NCBI GenBank assembly: GCA_963830365.1
Contig: CAWHMU010000039.1
Span: 1 to 64,000, forward strand
Length of the DNA stretch: 64,000 nt
Source of the DNA: an uncultured Chlamydiae bacterium
GTDB lineage: Bacteria; Chlamydiota; Chlamydiia; Chlamydiales; Parachlamydiaceae
Reading direction: 5' to 3'
Both the position numbers and the translations under genes were made by a program. Shown in pieces: positions 1 to 10,434 of the stretch (positions are counted from its first letter, which is position 1; each line of letters opens with the position of its first letter). The notes under the pieces are model-generated. The model was not told the DNA's origin. It saw nothing but the letters and a program-made list of their open reading frames with translations, and searched no databases.

Positions 1-763
1 CATTTGCACGATGAGCCTCCATTTTCTGATTTAAAAAGGCCAGCTCCTCCTTTATCGAAGAAAAACCAAAACCAGGAGTTAACTCTTCCTTTATTGGATG
101 GGCGGATGCAAACACTAGGCACTCCTTAAACTCTTTGCGTATATCACCGGATTTTAAGAGTTTGTTTGGAAATGGGGGTATATCCTCTGCAAAAAAACTA
201 TCCTGGATGTTTTCTATGCGGCTGCCATAGAGAGAATTCTGCACTCCATAACCCAACAAAATTCCAATCAGCACACGGTCATTACTCAAGACCGAATGCC
301 AGCTAGCCTTTGGATTGGTTAATTGATCCAGCAGTTTTTGAGGAGTTATTTCTGGTCCAAGGACATACTGGAATAAAGCTAAGTTATCCTTGACAACCGC
401 CAGAAAAAGCTTTTTATTAATGAAAAGCACATGAACATAATCCACTGATTCGTCTTTTTCACTATAAACATGTATTACAATATTATTATTAGACACCGGC
501 AACGTTGAAATTACATGCGCCCCCTCACGCAAGAAAACAAAGCTTTTATGGGAAGGGTACTCCCTCAAAAAAAAGTCTTCAGGAGGATATCCATGAATAC
601 ATATTGGCTTCGCATCAAAAAGAACGTAGCCCATTTCAAATTCTTCAAGCATTTCACGAAAGAAGGTGTTTAGGATCTTAGCATCCTGACCGCTTATCTC
701 CAGCGCGAAACACCTCGAAGCCAATAGAAATAAAAAACAAGCGAAAAATCGTTTAAATATCAT
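1..763 (-). CDS. Exported hypothetical protein of a family typical of environmental chlamydiae (3' end runs off window)
   Basis: Not in the ORF track because it has no stop in the window. Manual translation from ATG at 763 is open to base 1: MIFKRFFACFLFLLASRCFA (signal peptide)...GYVLFDAKP...FINKK...FQYVLG...LIGILLGYGVQN...PGFGFSSIKEE. Confidence 0.8.
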   Translation of the reverse strand, partial: MIFKRFFACFLFLLASRCFALEISGQDAKILNTFFREMLEEFEMGYVLFDAKPICIHGYPPEDFFLREYPSHKSFVFLREGAHVISTLPVSNNNIVIHVYSEKDESVDYVHVLFINKKLFLAVVKDNLALFQYVLGPEITPQKLLDQLTNPKASWHSVLSNDRVLIGILLGYGVQNSLYGSRIENIQDSFFAEDIPPFPNKLLKSGDIRKEFKECLVFASAHPIKEELTPGFGFSSIKEELAFLNQKMEAHRAN

Positions 764-797
764 GTATTTAATCATTAGGTAATGGGAAAACATCTTG

Positions 798-1220
798 TTA
801 ATTTACCCATGGAGAGTAACACTTACATCTAGAATTACACCACCAATTTGCACATCCACCACACTCATGGTAAATTTCGTGACCATTTACACATGTATTG
901 GATTTTTTTTCCTCGATATGGGTAGGCCGGTTGTCCCAATGCTCCTCTGTATCCTTTTTCTTATTTTTATCAGTTTTCTTTGGAGATGGTCGCTCAAAAC
1001 CATCGATCACAACATGATCAAATTTAATATAAAAACCTCTTCTATCCGTGTAAAGAGTCTTTACGGGAAGAACATCACTACCATTTAGGAGAAACATAGC
1101 TGTTGGAGTAAACGAAAGATTTTCAAGATTTATATAAATCCTCTCTTCCTCTCGCTCATTCCCCTCTATCGGATTAAAAGAAAAGAGGCCTAAACAAGCG
1201 ATTAAAGAAAATGCATGCAT
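798..1220 (-). CDS. Small exported protein with Cys/His-rich C-terminus
   Basis: 140-aa ORF with signal-peptide-like N-terminus; C-terminal CVNGH...HECGGC..WWC..RCKC; same strand and 34 bp upstream of the 763 ORF. Confidence 0.7.
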   Translation of the reverse strand: MHAFSLIACLGLFSFNPIEGNEREEERIYINLENLSFTPTAMFLLNGSDVLPVKTLYTDRRGFYIKFDHVVIDGFERPSPKKTDKNKKKDTEEHWDNRPTHIEEKKSNTCVNGHEIYHECGGCANWWCNSRCKCYSPWVN

Positions 1221-1759
1221 TATATTTATTTTAAATTCATTTTATTTCCTTCTTTTTTCTTATCTTGTGTTTGGTTTGGGACGATTTGAAATTTTTGAAC
1301 ACAATGCGAGCGAGGCAAGTCTAACCACCTACTAAATATTTGTAGTATCAAATATTTCTGTTGTCTCAACGTATTGTCGAACCTTATAAAAATCAAGACT
1401 TATTTTTTAAGTGGCTTAATCGCCAATCAATCTCAAGGGAACACTGTTGCAATACATCCTGCAAACTTGGACCCTATTCAGTAAAACATCACAAATCGAC
1501 GATCCCCAGAGCCTTTTGCTTTCAAGCAGGACAGCTGAAATCCTCTCCAGACTAGAAGTTGCCCTCCCTCTAAAAATAGAGTAAGGTCTGGGATGTTACA
1601 TGTTAAAATAAAAACATTGTTTTGATGGTTGCGCTTTTATCACGCACATACCTCAGAGGTACCGCAACATAGAGAAGGATAGGAAGAACAAGCGGTGTTA
1701 GGGTCTTTTCCTTAGGAAGAAGGCCCCAACACTGCTTGTTATTCCTATCCTTAAACAAT

Positions 1760-2950
1760 TCAGCTTTCATCGCTCTCTCTCCAGCTGAGTTTTCCGCGGG
1801 CATAGCAGGCCACAAGCTTTAAATCATCATCCAAAATCACCAGATCGGCATCGGCGCCGACAGCAAGCGTTCCTTTTCGCGACTCTATACCGAGCAGCTG
1901 TGCCGGCTTTAGCGATGCGGCTTCCAGGGCGTCGACGAGGGTGGCATCGGTGAAATCTTTTAAATTTGCTACTAGACGGTCCATGCCGACGACAGTGCCT
2001 GCAAGCATATTTGTGCCGGCAAGTGTGGCTTTTGATCCTCTCACGATCACTTCGCGCCCCCCCAGTTGATAAGATCCGTCTGCTAAGCCAAGCCCCGCCA
2101 TGCCATCGCTGACTAACAGCAGTCCCTCAGGCTGGCAGCGCCAGGCCAATGATAAGGCTATAGGATCAACATGCTCACCATCGGCGATGATGCTATAGAA
2201 AAAGCCTGGTGCATTCAATACTGAGCCAGCCAGCCCGGGATCGCGATGGTGAAACGGGCGCATGGCATTGAACAGATGCGTAGCCATGCCGACACCGGCT
2301 TTAATGGCGGTTTCCATTTCTGCGGCCGTGCCCATAGAATGGCCGGCGGCTACCACTATTCCCTGCTGTTTCAACCACGAAATCCAGTCGTGCGCGCCAG
2401 CAATTTCTGGCGCCAACGTCACCAGCTTAACGCCCTCCATATTGCCATAACAGGCTAATGGGGAAGCAAAATCGGCGCAGGCCTTGAGCCTGTCAGAGCG
2501 GTGAGCGCCGGCTTGCAACGGATTAAAACAGGGCCCTTCCAGATGGATGCCGAACAGTTCGGCGCCCTGTGTCTTGCCCACCTGCTGGCTAAGGACTGGC
2601 AGGATGCGCCGGTATTCTTCAGGAGATGATGCTACGACGGTGGCCAGAAATGAGGTAACGCCATGTTGTCCAAGCCGCTTAGCGATGGCTCCGACTTGTT
2701 CTGGATTGGTGGTGATGTCAATGCCAAAGGCGCCGTTTAGCTGCAGATCAATGAAGCCTGGCGCAAGCAGCTTGCCCTGTAAATCGATCGTTTGGTCGGC
2801 TGTGGACAGCGCAGGCACGATTTTGCCATCCGCCACCCAAAGTTCGCCGCTTTCAATGCGATGGTTGCGCAGGATGTGGGCGTTGTAGAAATGTATCGAC
2901 ACAGGAAATCCTGGCTTGAAGTGTTTTGGGATGTCTGTTAGGTTATACAT
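1760..2950 (-). CDS. nagA: N-acetylglucosamine-6-phosphate deacetylase
   Basis: PGFIDLQLNG, GIHLEGP, TLAPE, GHS, THLFNAM, IADGEH and GADADLV motifs. Confidence 0.95.
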   Translation of the reverse strand: MYNLTDIPKHFKPGFPVSIHFYNAHILRNHRIESGELWVADGKIVPALSTADQTIDLQGKLLAPGFIDLQLNGAFGIDITTNPEQVGAIAKRLGQHGVTSFLATVVASSPEEYRRILPVLSQQVGKTQGAELFGIHLEGPCFNPLQAGAHRSDRLKACADFASPLACYGNMEGVKLVTLAPEIAGAHDWISWLKQQGIVVAAGHSMGTAAEMETAIKAGVGMATHLFNAMRPFHHRDPGLAGSVLNAPGFFYSIIADGEHVDPIALSLAWRCQPEGLLLVSDGMAGLGLADGSYQLGGREVIVRGSKATLAGTNMLAGTVVGMDRLVANLKDFTDATLVDALEAASLKPAQLLGIESRKGTLAVGADADLVILDDDLKLVACYARGKLSWRESDES

Positions 2951-2968
2951 AGCATACCATGAGGTCTT

Positions 2969-3181
2969 ATGTCGACATTACTTCTTACCTTAGCGCTGGC
3001 CTTTGTCTTCATCGTCATTGCCATCGCCCTGTTAGCCATGAGCTGGCTGATTACTGGCAAATCAAAGATGCGCCCCGGCGCCTGCGGCCGCGACCCCACC
3101 AAGAAACAGGAAAAAGACGATAGCTGCGGCACCGATAGCTCATGCGGACTTTGCAAAAAAGGGGAAGACCCAAAGAAATGA
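2969..3181 (+). CDS. Small Cys-rich single-pass membrane protein (NqrM/DUF539-like)
   Basis: N-terminal TM helix followed by GACG...SCG...SCGLC (4 Cys); GAGG RBS; stop overlaps the menG start (ATGA). Confidence 0.6.
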   Translation: MSTLLLTLALAFVFIVIAIALLAMSWLITGKSKMRPGACGRDPTKKQEKDDSCGTDSSCGLCKKGEDPKK

Positions 3182-3906
3182 CAGCCTACAATAAAAACGA
3201 TCCCGCCACCATCCAGGCGCTTTTTGACAGCATCGCCAAACAATACGATAAGACCAACGGCGTGCTATCCTTCCAGATGCATAAAAAATGGAATAAAGCC
3301 CTGATCGAGCAAGCCGTGCTGCCATGCCAGCCGACGGTGCTGCTCGACATCTGCTGCGGCACAGGCGCCATCGCCTTCGAATATTTGCAGCACACTAAAA
3401 TGCCTGTGAAAGCCTATATGCTAGATTTCTCCGCAGGGATGCTGGCGCATGCCCAAAAGCTGGCTACAGCTTTGCATCTACAACGGCATGACATTAACTA
3501 TCTAAAGGCCGATGCCCAAGTTATCCCACTGGAAGATGATAGCGTCGACTGCGCCACCATGGCCTATGGCATACGCAACGTCAGCCAACCCCAAACTTGT
3601 ATCCATGATGTCTATCGCGTCCTTAAACCAGGCGCAGCGTTCGGCATTCTCGAGCTTACCCAGCCCCAAAACCCCTTGCTGCGGTTTGGCCATAATATCT
3701 ACTTGCGCACGCTCCTGCCGGTAATGGGGAAATTCCTCACCTCAAACCGCGAAGCCTATCAATATCTATGCAATAGCATCAATACCTTTATCCCGCCAGA
3801 GCAACTGGAACACCTCATGCGCGCTGCCAATTTCATGCAGATCCGTCGCCAGCCACTGCTTGGCGGCGTAGCAACATTGCTCATCGGCAGAAAAACCAAA
3901 GAATAA
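3178..3906 (+). CDS. menG: Demethylmenaquinone methyltransferase (MenG/UbiE)
   Basis: FDSIAKQYDKTN, LDICCGTG SAM motif, YGIRNV, RVLKPG, AYQYLCNSI; start placed at ATG 3178. Confidence 0.93.
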   Translation: MTAYNKNDPATIQALFDSIAKQYDKTNGVLSFQMHKKWNKALIEQAVLPCQPTVLLDICCGTGAIAFEYLQHTKMPVKAYMLDFSAGMLAHAQKLATALHLQRHDINYLKADAQVIPLEDDSVDCATMAYGIRNVSQPQTCIHDVYRVLKPGAAFGILELTQPQNPLLRFGHNIYLRTLLPVMGKFLTSNREAYQYLCNSINTFIPPEQLEHLMRAANFMQIRRQPLLGGVATLLIGRKTKE

Positions 3907-3909
3907 AAG

Positions 3910-4383
3910 ATGAAAAACAAGTTCAGCATGTTAGCTTTGCTCATCATCATCTGCCTCACGGTTGAAGCCCTAGGCGGTTTTTTCACGGCGGCGGGTGTAC
4001 ATGATTGGTATCTGACACTGAAGAAGCCTTCCTTTAATCCCCCATCATATGCCTTTGCGCCGGTATGGACCTCCCTTTATCTCTTTATGGCCTTTGCCAT
4101 GTGGCTGGTATGGCTTACCCCAGCGGCTAAATCCAAAACGCCGGCCTATGCATGCTTCAGCATCCAACTACTGCTGAACCTTGCCTGGTCAGCCTTATTT
4201 TTTACATTTAGATGCCCCTTATGCGCCCTCATCGATATCGGTTTGTTGCTGATTTCCATTCTCGCTACCATGCGCTGTTTCCAGTTAATCCGGCCGCTGG
4301 CGGCTTATTTAATGCTCCCCTATTTCCTGTGGGTGGTTTTCGCCGCCTACTTAAACGCTACCATCTGGTGGTTAAATTCCTAG
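3910..4383 (+). CDS. tspO: TspO/MBR tryptophan-rich sensory (translocator) protein
   Basis: WYLTLKKPSFNPP, FAPVWTSLY, QLLLNLAWSALFF, LPYFLWVVFAAYLN. Confidence 0.93.
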   Translation: MKNKFSMLALLIIICLTVEALGGFFTAAGVHDWYLTLKKPSFNPPSYAFAPVWTSLYLFMAFAMWLVWLTPAAKSKTPAYACFSIQLLLNLAWSALFFTFRCPLCALIDIGLLLISILATMRCFQLIRPLAAYLMLPYFLWVVFAAYLNATIWWLNS

Positions 4384-4457
4384 CATTTAATCATTTAATT
4401 TCATAGACTACCCCTTATCATTTACCATTGCAGAAGCATTTTAAATAAGGAGACGTA

Positions 4458-4790
4458 ATGTCTATTAAAAATCTGACCATTACTTTTTTATGCCTAATGT
4501 CTATCACTTTTACTTCAGTTTTACCGGCTGAGGAGGCATGCACCAATAGCGATATTTCTTCACCTGGCCACATCGAAAAATTAGATCGGAAGATCTCCAA
4601 ATTATTCTCGAAAAAGAAGAAGAAACTAAAGAAAATCAAAGAACAGCTTACGTCTGAAAAGCTGGCCGAGTTAAAAGATTCGATTCACGACAGCGCCATG
4701 ACTGAAATCCAAAAGCTCGGCTTGATTGAAATGCTCGAGGATGCAAAGGCCGAACTGGAAAACGTCATCGGCAAAGATGCTGCCGAATAA
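4458..4790 (+). CDS. Exported hypothetical protein, helical, with Lys-rich patch
   Basis: AAGGAG RBS, signal-like N-terminus, SKKKKKLKKIK stretch. Confidence 0.7.
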   Translation: MSIKNLTITFLCLMSITFTSVLPAEEACTNSDISSPGHIEKLDRKISKLFSKKKKKLKKIKEQLTSEKLAELKDSIHDSAMTEIQKLGLIEMLEDAKAELENVIGKDAAE

Positions 4791-4812
4791 GCTTTCGTAA
4801 CCAACCAATGCA

Positions 4813-4854
4813 GCAGACGAAGCGGACAAAATAAGAGTGTCCGCCTTGTCTGCT
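4813..4854. terminator. Hairpin after the 4458 ORF (putative terminator)
   Basis: AGCAGACGAAGCGGACA...TGTCCGCCTTGTCTGCT imperfect inverted repeat. Confidence 0.4.
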
Positions 4855-4990
4855 ATCTACGCAAACTTCCATATTGTAAATAAATTTCCGATAAATTAGT
4901 TTCGACTACAAGATTCTTTTACCGCGCGTGGTATGTAAGTTACATTCTTTTGGATCCGCATGCCCGTTAACCAACTATGATAAGGATGCC

Positions 4991-5650
4991 ATGTCATCAC
5001 CTCTCAAGCCTACACAGCCGGCACCATCATCCCCCTCTCTATGGCAGCGTTTGACCGCCTTTTTTAAAGGCTGCGGCGGGACATGCACCAGCACAGAGAC
5101 AGCCGGCCAAAAAGCCGGAGCCGTCACGCAAAGGATAAAATCCGGCTTCGATCTCGTCATATCAAATATCGCCGAATTAGATCGCTTTAAGAGTCAATCC
5201 GGCGCTTTAGGGCATCCTGAAGGGCGTCTAAAATGCAAGCAACAGATCAGTGCTTTGCTAGATACCTATGAAGCATATTTAGGCACGGTTTCGACTGGAT
5301 TTCTTAATGCCGATTTCATTGGCAGCAGGGGTGAAAACAAATTAAAAGTCGTCGAAGATCTGATCGATCATTTCAACTCTTCAGCAAAATCCGTTATTGA
5401 AGGCACTTTCAATATCGACAAACTTTTCTCGAAAACTTCCGAAAGCATAACGAACAGCCTCTCTGATATGGAAAATGCCATCCAAAATGACGATGTGTTA
5501 AGTCGGGATCAAGCCAAGACAGAACTTGAACAAATCAAGCAGGATAAAGAAAATTTCCTCGGACGATTGGATGGCATAAAAAAAACGCGGGATCGAATTA
5601 AAGCCATCGTGGCTAAGGATGTGTTCCCGGGATTATTTGGTGATGCGTAA
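4991..5650 (+). CDS. Hypothetical helical protein, candidate T3SS substrate
   Basis: Ser/Pro-rich N-terminus MSSPLKPTQPAPSSPS, AAGGA RBS before ATG 4991; coiled-coil-like C-terminus; overlaps menE 3' end convergently. Confidence 0.65.
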   Translation: MSSPLKPTQPAPSSPSLWQRLTAFFKGCGGTCTSTETAGQKAGAVTQRIKSGFDLVISNIAELDRFKSQSGALGHPEGRLKCKQQISALLDTYEAYLGTVSTGFLNADFIGSRGENKLKVVEDLIDHFNSSAKSVIEGTFNIDKLFSKTSESITNSLSDMENAIQNDDVLSRDQAKTELEQIKQDKENFLGRLDGIKKTRDRIKAIVAKDVFPGLFGDA

Positions 5651-6791
5651 GCGAAATAAGTAGCTGTTGCAATTCGGTTCTTAATATCTTCTTTAAGGGC
5701 GAACGCGGAATTTGAGCCACGCAATGTACTTGCCTGATCCTCTCAAAAGGGAAGACGCGGGAGGCGAAGCTGGCGATTAATGCTTGTGCCTGCCCGACAT
5801 CAAAGCTTGCAATGGCAAGATGGACGGCATGGCCAAGACGGCCATCAGGCAGGGCGACTAATGCCGCGTCAAAGCATATCCCATTAACCAGTTTCAGCTC
5901 CTCCAAGAGCATCTCAAGCCTTAGCATATCGACGCTTTCGCCGCCGATTTTGACAAACAGCTCGCCCCGGCTGACATGTTTAAGCCAGCCATGGTCGAAT
6001 ACACCCTTATCTTCGGTGGTGAACCACCCATCGGCTTTTGGATCGACCAGCCTATTATCGGCCCCATCGACATGAAGATAGGCTGTCAAGAGGGCTGCGC
6101 TTTTGATGCGCAGGAATCCATCGTCAGTCAAGGCCAGCTGCACATGGGAGAGCGGCTGCAGCATGGGATATCCTTTATTACTCAAAGAGTCCAAGGCCGC
6201 TGTCGCCACTTGCGAGGAGCATTCGGTAAGTCCGTAGCTTGGTAAAAGCCTCCAGCCCAACTTGACAGCCTGCGTATATAAGCTTTCGCTTAGCGCTCCG
6301 CCGCCGACAACGACAGCGCGCAAGGCAGGCGGCGCCTGCCATTGAGCTTGCACCAGATCATACACTTGCGCTGGCACAAGCGCGGTCAAAGTTGCTTTTG
6401 CCTGGCTTAGCTGTTCCATAAAGCGTGCTGCCCGCCACAGTCCATCCTCCGCCATATAAGGCACCACAGCTGCGCCGCTCAAGGCACTTCTTGCATGGAT
6501 GGCGAGCCCTCCCACGTGGAAGACTGGCAAGGGGTTCAGCCAGATATCGGCATTATCGCTGTGCAGGTGGCGGTTTACGGCTGCGGCGGAAACCAGCAGG
6601 CCTTGTTTTGGCAGGGCCACGAGCTTAAGCTTGCCACTTGATCCCGATGTTGCCAGCCAGACGGTTGATTTCAGATTATCAGCGGCCTGTAGAGATTGCA
6701 GCAGGCGGCTTTTGTCGTCGGGCGGCATGCGCGGATTAAGCAATACCTCGTTTGCGCTGGCGTGCCAAGCAACTACATGAGAGGTTGCCAT
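5613..6791 (-). CDS. menE: O-succinylbenzoate-CoA ligase
   Basis: TSGSSG AMP-binding motif, LPVFHVGG, SYGLTE, men operon context. Confidence 0.92.
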   Translation of the reverse strand: MATSHVVAWHASANEVLLNPRMPPDDKSRLLQSLQAADNLKSTVWLATSGSSGKLKLVALPKQGLLVSAAAVNRHLHSDNADIWLNPLPVFHVGGLAIHARSALSGAAVVPYMAEDGLWRAARFMEQLSQAKATLTALVPAQVYDLVQAQWQAPPALRAVVVGGGALSESLYTQAVKLGWRLLPSYGLTECSSQVATAALDSLSNKGYPMLQPLSHVQLALTDDGFLRIKSAALLTAYLHVDGADNRLVDPKADGWFTTEDKGVFDHGWLKHVSRGELFVKIGGESVDMLRLEMLLEELKLVNGICFDAALVALPDGRLGHAVHLAIASFDVGQAQALIASFASRVFPFERIRQVHCVAQIPRSPLKKILRTELQQLLISLTHHQIIPGTHP

Positions 6792-7750
6792 GCCAGCTCC
6801 TTAAGCAAAGTATCATATCCCCAGCCACAACCCTCGGTGGAAGGGCGTAGCTGTGTCTCATGCTGATCAAGAGCTGCGCTAAAAGGTGTTGTCTCATAGG
6901 CATGGTGCGTCAGCAATCCACATAGGCCGAGGGCCTGGGGATGGCTCTTGGCAGCGCAAGCTGCCACATAGGCCGCTGCCAGCTGACCGATAGGATGGTC
7001 GGCATAGGTGGTGATGACAAGTATACGCTGGGCGCGTTGGGCCGTGAGGAATGGGAATATTTCCTGCACAGCGGGTTTGACGACCAGTACATCGCAAGAG
7101 GCGGGAAATGACAAAGCATGCAAAGACTCTCGGTCGCAGGCTAAAGAAATGCGCAGCTCTTCCCTAACCTTTTGCCAGCGCTGAGGCTGATAGTGAAAAG
7201 GGTCTTCATAGAAATCGATGCCTTCGCGCAAATCGCCAAGCTCACTTAAATAGTGGATGAAAGCCTCTTCTTTAAGGCGGCAATTAAAATCCAGCCGCAG
7301 GCGGCAGCCAGCCGCACGCAGCTCATGGCTCCACTTCTTCAGCACCGCACATTCCGCTGGCGGGTCGATGCCCACCTTGATTTTTATGGTGGCAGGACCA
7401 TGTTGCAAAAACTTTTCGAAATCCGGCTTATGGCGCATGATCAGATCTGCCATATGGTGGTGGCTGGCAGGGATGGCAAGGTCTTTAAAGAGATGGTAAC
7501 CGGATTTTCTGGCATCGGCATCGGCGCGGGCGGCCGCAAGCGAGCGCGTCAAAAGCGGCGTCATATGCCCGCAGGAAAGCAGCTGTAACTGCAAATCAAG
7601 GTTGGCATCGCCGAGCTCATGCCATGGATGGCAGTCGCCATACCCCACCGAGCCGTCGCGAAAGACCACCTGCAGCAGCACCCCGCGGCGGGGTGGCCGC
7701 TGGCTGCCGCCGACAGGTTGCAACGCGTAGTGAAAGATAGCGATTTTCAT
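6773..7750 (-). CDS. menC: O-succinylbenzoate synthase (enolase superfamily)
   Basis: KIKVG (KxK), LRLDFN, FYEDP, LACD, VVKP; men operon context. Confidence 0.88.
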   Translation of the reverse strand: MKIAIFHYALQPVGGSQRPPRRGVLLQVVFRDGSVGYGDCHPWHELGDANLDLQLQLLSCGHMTPLLTRSLAAARADADARKSGYHLFKDLAIPASHHHMADLIMRHKPDFEKFLQHGPATIKIKVGIDPPAECAVLKKWSHELRAAGCRLRLDFNCRLKEEAFIHYLSELGDLREGIDFYEDPFHYQPQRWQKVREELRISLACDRESLHALSFPASCDVLVVKPAVQEIFPFLTAQRAQRILVITTYADHPIGQLAAAYVAACAAKSHPQALGLCGLLTHHAYETTPFSAALDQHETQLRPSTEGCGWGYDTLLKELAWQPLM

Positions 7751-8640
7751 GCGCTGAGCAGTCCTATGATAAGCAGGATGCCGAAGGAAAAATGAATCAG
7801 CACACCTAAGCCGAAGTAGCGGTTGAGCACGCGGCCAGGCTCTGCCTTCCAGATGGCGCGCGCAAAGACAAAAGCTACAGGCATTAGCAATAGCGGCATT
7901 AGCGCCACCATGCCATAGCCTAATAAAAGCCAGCCGATATTTAAGATGAAAGGCGTTACTGTCAGGGCGATAATTTCGCAGCGGGCAAAATCTTTGCCAA
8001 AGCGCACAGCCAGTGTATGTTTATGCACCGCGGCATCTTCATACACATCGCGAAAATTATTTAAGGCATTCGGCAGTATCGCCAGCAACCCCATTTGGGC
8101 GGCGGCCAGCAGGATCGCTGCATTGACGGAATATGTCTGGGCATAAAAAGGGATGGTGACACAGATACCGCCATAGAAGATGAATATAAAAATCTCGCTC
8201 AGGCCGAGATAGGAAATCGGATAAGGCCCCCCCGTATAGCAATAGCCGCACGCGGCAGACAGCAGCACAATCAAAAAGCAGGCTAGCGCATCCACATCAA
8301 GCGCAAAAGGAATGGCGCAGGCGATGGCAAAGGCCAGCATGCCGCCGACATAGACTTGTTTTTTGGTGAGCAGGCCGGCGCGGATGACTTTAAGCTGACC
8401 AAAGCGATTGACAGGATCGCCGCCCTTTTCATAGTCGACGGCATCATTGATCAGGTTTGTGCCGATGGTGATGCTGACAGCTACCAGCCAGGCATAAAAA
8501 GCAATCAGCCAGTTCATATGCTCCGTAAAGACATAGGCCACCCCCGTGCCTGTCGCCACCTGAATGGTGGGGATAAGCAGCGTGGGCAGGCGGATGGCCA
8601 TCATCCAGGCTTTGTAAGACTGCGGCAGGACCTTTTCCAT
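7747..8640 (-). CDS. menA: 1,4-dihydroxy-2-naphthoate polyprenyltransferase
   Basis: UbiA family: NLINDAVDYEKGGD, YTGGP, NNFRDVYED, TLAVRFG. Confidence 0.93.
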   Translation of the reverse strand: MEKVLPQSYKAWMMAIRLPTLLIPTIQVATGTGVAYVFTEHMNWLIAFYAWLVAVSITIGTNLINDAVDYEKGGDPVNRFGQLKVIRAGLLTKKQVYVGGMLAFAIACAIPFALDVDALACFLIVLLSAACGYCYTGGPYPISYLGLSEIFIFIFYGGICVTIPFYAQTYSVNAAILLAAAQMGLLAILPNALNNFRDVYEDAAVHKHTLAVRFGKDFARCEIIALTVTPFILNIGWLLLGYGMVALMPLLLMPVAFVFARAIWKAEPGRVLNRYFGLGVLIHFSFGILLIIGLLSA

Positions 8641-8651
8641 ATTGAAGCTCC

Positions 8652-9488
8652 TTATGGCAAACGTGGAAATTGGGTGAAATCAGGCTTGCGCTTTTCGACA
8701 AAGGCTTTGCGTCCTTCCTGGGCTTCTTCTGTCATATAATACAGCAGCGTGGCATTGCCGGCCAAATCCAACAGGCCGATTTGTCCATCGCAGTCGGCAT
8801 TCATCGCCGTCTTCAAGCAGCGCAGCGCGAGCGGCGAATGCTGCAGAATCTCGCGGCACCATTTCAGGGTTTCTGCTTCAAGGTTTGCTAAAGGGACGAC
8901 GGTATTGACGAGCCCCATTTCCAAGGCTTCTTTAGCATCATACTGACGGCAAAGGAACCATATTTCGCGTGCTTTCTTCTGTCCGACGATGCGCGCCAGA
9001 TAGCTGCTGCCCAAGCCGCCATCGAAAGAGCCCACTTTGGGTCCAACCTGTCCGAATTTGGCATTATCGGCAGCGATAGTCAAATCGCAGACGATATGCA
9101 GCACATGGCCGCCACCGATGGCATAGCCCGCCACCATGGCTATGACAGGCTTGGGCAGCGAGCGGATTTGCTTTTGCAGATCCAGAACGTTTAAGCGCGG
9201 TACGCCGTCACTACCCACATACCCTTCGCCACCCCGCACCTTCTGGTCGCCGCCGGAACAAAAAGCTTCAGGGCCTTCACCTGTCAGGATGACCACACCG
9301 ACTGTGCTGTCATTGCGGCAGATATCAAAAGCCTCCTGCATTTCCATCACCGTTTCGGGACGGAAAGCGTTGCGCACCTGCGGACGGTTGATGGTGATTT
9401 TGGCGATGCCGTCTTCAGTTTTTTCCAGCCTTATATCTTGATATTCTTTGATTGTGAGCCAAGGTGTTGTTAGCATTGTTGCAGTCAT
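8652..9488 (-). CDS. menB: 1,4-dihydroxy-2-naphthoyl-CoA synthase
   Basis: [41 protein letters not shown]; start may be 9488 or 9503. Confidence 0.97.
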   Translation of the reverse strand: MTATMLTTPWLTIKEYQDIRLEKTEDGIAKITINRPQVRNAFRPETVMEMQEAFDICRNDSTVGVVILTGEGPEAFCSGGDQKVRGGEGYVGSDGVPRLNVLDLQKQIRSLPKPVIAMVAGYAIGGGHVLHIVCDLTIAADNAKFGQVGPKVGSFDGGLGSSYLARIVGQKKAREIWFLCRQYDAKEALEMGLVNTVVPLANLEAETLKWCREILQHSPLALRCLKTAMNADCDGQIGLLDLAGNATLLYYMTEEAQEGRKAFVEKRKPDFTQFPRLP

Positions 9489-9499
9489 GATGTTGCCTG

Positions 9500-10204
9500 T
9501 CAAAGTTGTGTTAAAAAATGTGTTACTTCCGAGATAAACTCCTGAGGCTGCTGCCAGGCGAGCCTATGTCCGGCTTTAGGTATGTGTGCTATTTTAGACA
9601 AAGGATGTTTTAAAACCACTTTTTTTGCTTGCTGCACATAGTTATCATCATCAGCCCCAGTCAGCCATAATATAGGCACCTGAATTTGTGCCAGGCGCGG
9701 CAAAAGATCATCCTGCCGGCCCAAAGACCATTGCCGCAGCGCGGCGGCCAATTTGGTCCGATCATAATCGGCTTCATGGCGAGCGAATCTAAACCCTTCA
9801 CCGCTAAACACTTGTCGTCCATTCCATGCCTGCATCAATGGCTGCCAGGGTTCTTCAGCAAAACGCCTGGCCCATTGCTCATCGGCAAGGCGGCGCTGCT
9901 GTCTCTCTGCCTCGGTGGCAAGGCCGCCATGCGCCGAGATGATGATGGCAGCATCCCACATATCGGGTTGTAGCATCAGCGCATGCATGGCGAGGCGTCC
10001 GCCCATGGAATAGCCCATCACCACCCGCGGCGCTGGTGCGGCTGCCGCCTTGCGATTGAAGCGCTCGCCCCACGACCACATATCGTCAATCGGCCCTGCA
10101 TTGAAAACGTCCTCCGCGAAAACGGCGTGCGGAAGATCTGCAGCTTGCAAAAGCGTTGTCCAGTCATCAGGCATTCCCAAAAATCCATGCAGCGCATAAA
10201 TCAT
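9500..10204 (-). CDS. menH: SHCHC synthase (alpha/beta hydrolase)
   Basis: LHGFLG, GYSMGGR nucleophile elbow, AGH; men operon context. Confidence 0.92.
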   Translation of the reverse strand: MIYALHGFLGMPDDWTTLLQAADLPHAVFAEDVFNAGPIDDMWSWGERFNRKAAAAPAPRVVMGYSMGGRLAMHALMLQPDMWDAAIIISAHGGLATEAERQQRRLADEQWARRFAEEPWQPLMQAWNGRQVFSGEGFRFARHEADYDRTKLAAALRQWSLGRQDDLLPRLAQIQVPILWLTGADDDNYVQQAKKVVLKHPLSKIAHIPKAGHRLAWQQPQEFISEVTHFLTQL

Positions 10205-10249
10205 AAAGCTTCCTTAATATTACTTTCGGGATGGCGATCGTAAAAAGCA

Positions 10250-10409
10250 AATTCACCACAGAGGCACAGAGACACAGAGAAACAAACAGCAAAAAACCAG
10301 TCCGGATTATACAGGATAAACAAAAACCGAACCTGAGGAAGCTGCATCTATGAGCTCATTATCTTTATCGTTTTGCTCCTCTTGCTTCTCTGTGCCTCTG
10401 TGGTAAATT
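10250..10409. repeat. Dispersed CACAGAG-type inverted-repeat element (between menH and menD)
   Basis: Arms AATTCACCACAGAGGCACAGAGACACAGAGAA / TTCTCTGTGCCTCTGTGGTAAATT. Confidence 0.85.
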
Positions 10410-10434
10410 TTACACCCGTTGATCACAAGCGGCT

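Noticed and set aside
1..129. Plus-strand open frame at the window start
   Set aside because: Antisense to the longer, family-like minus-strand ORF starting at 763
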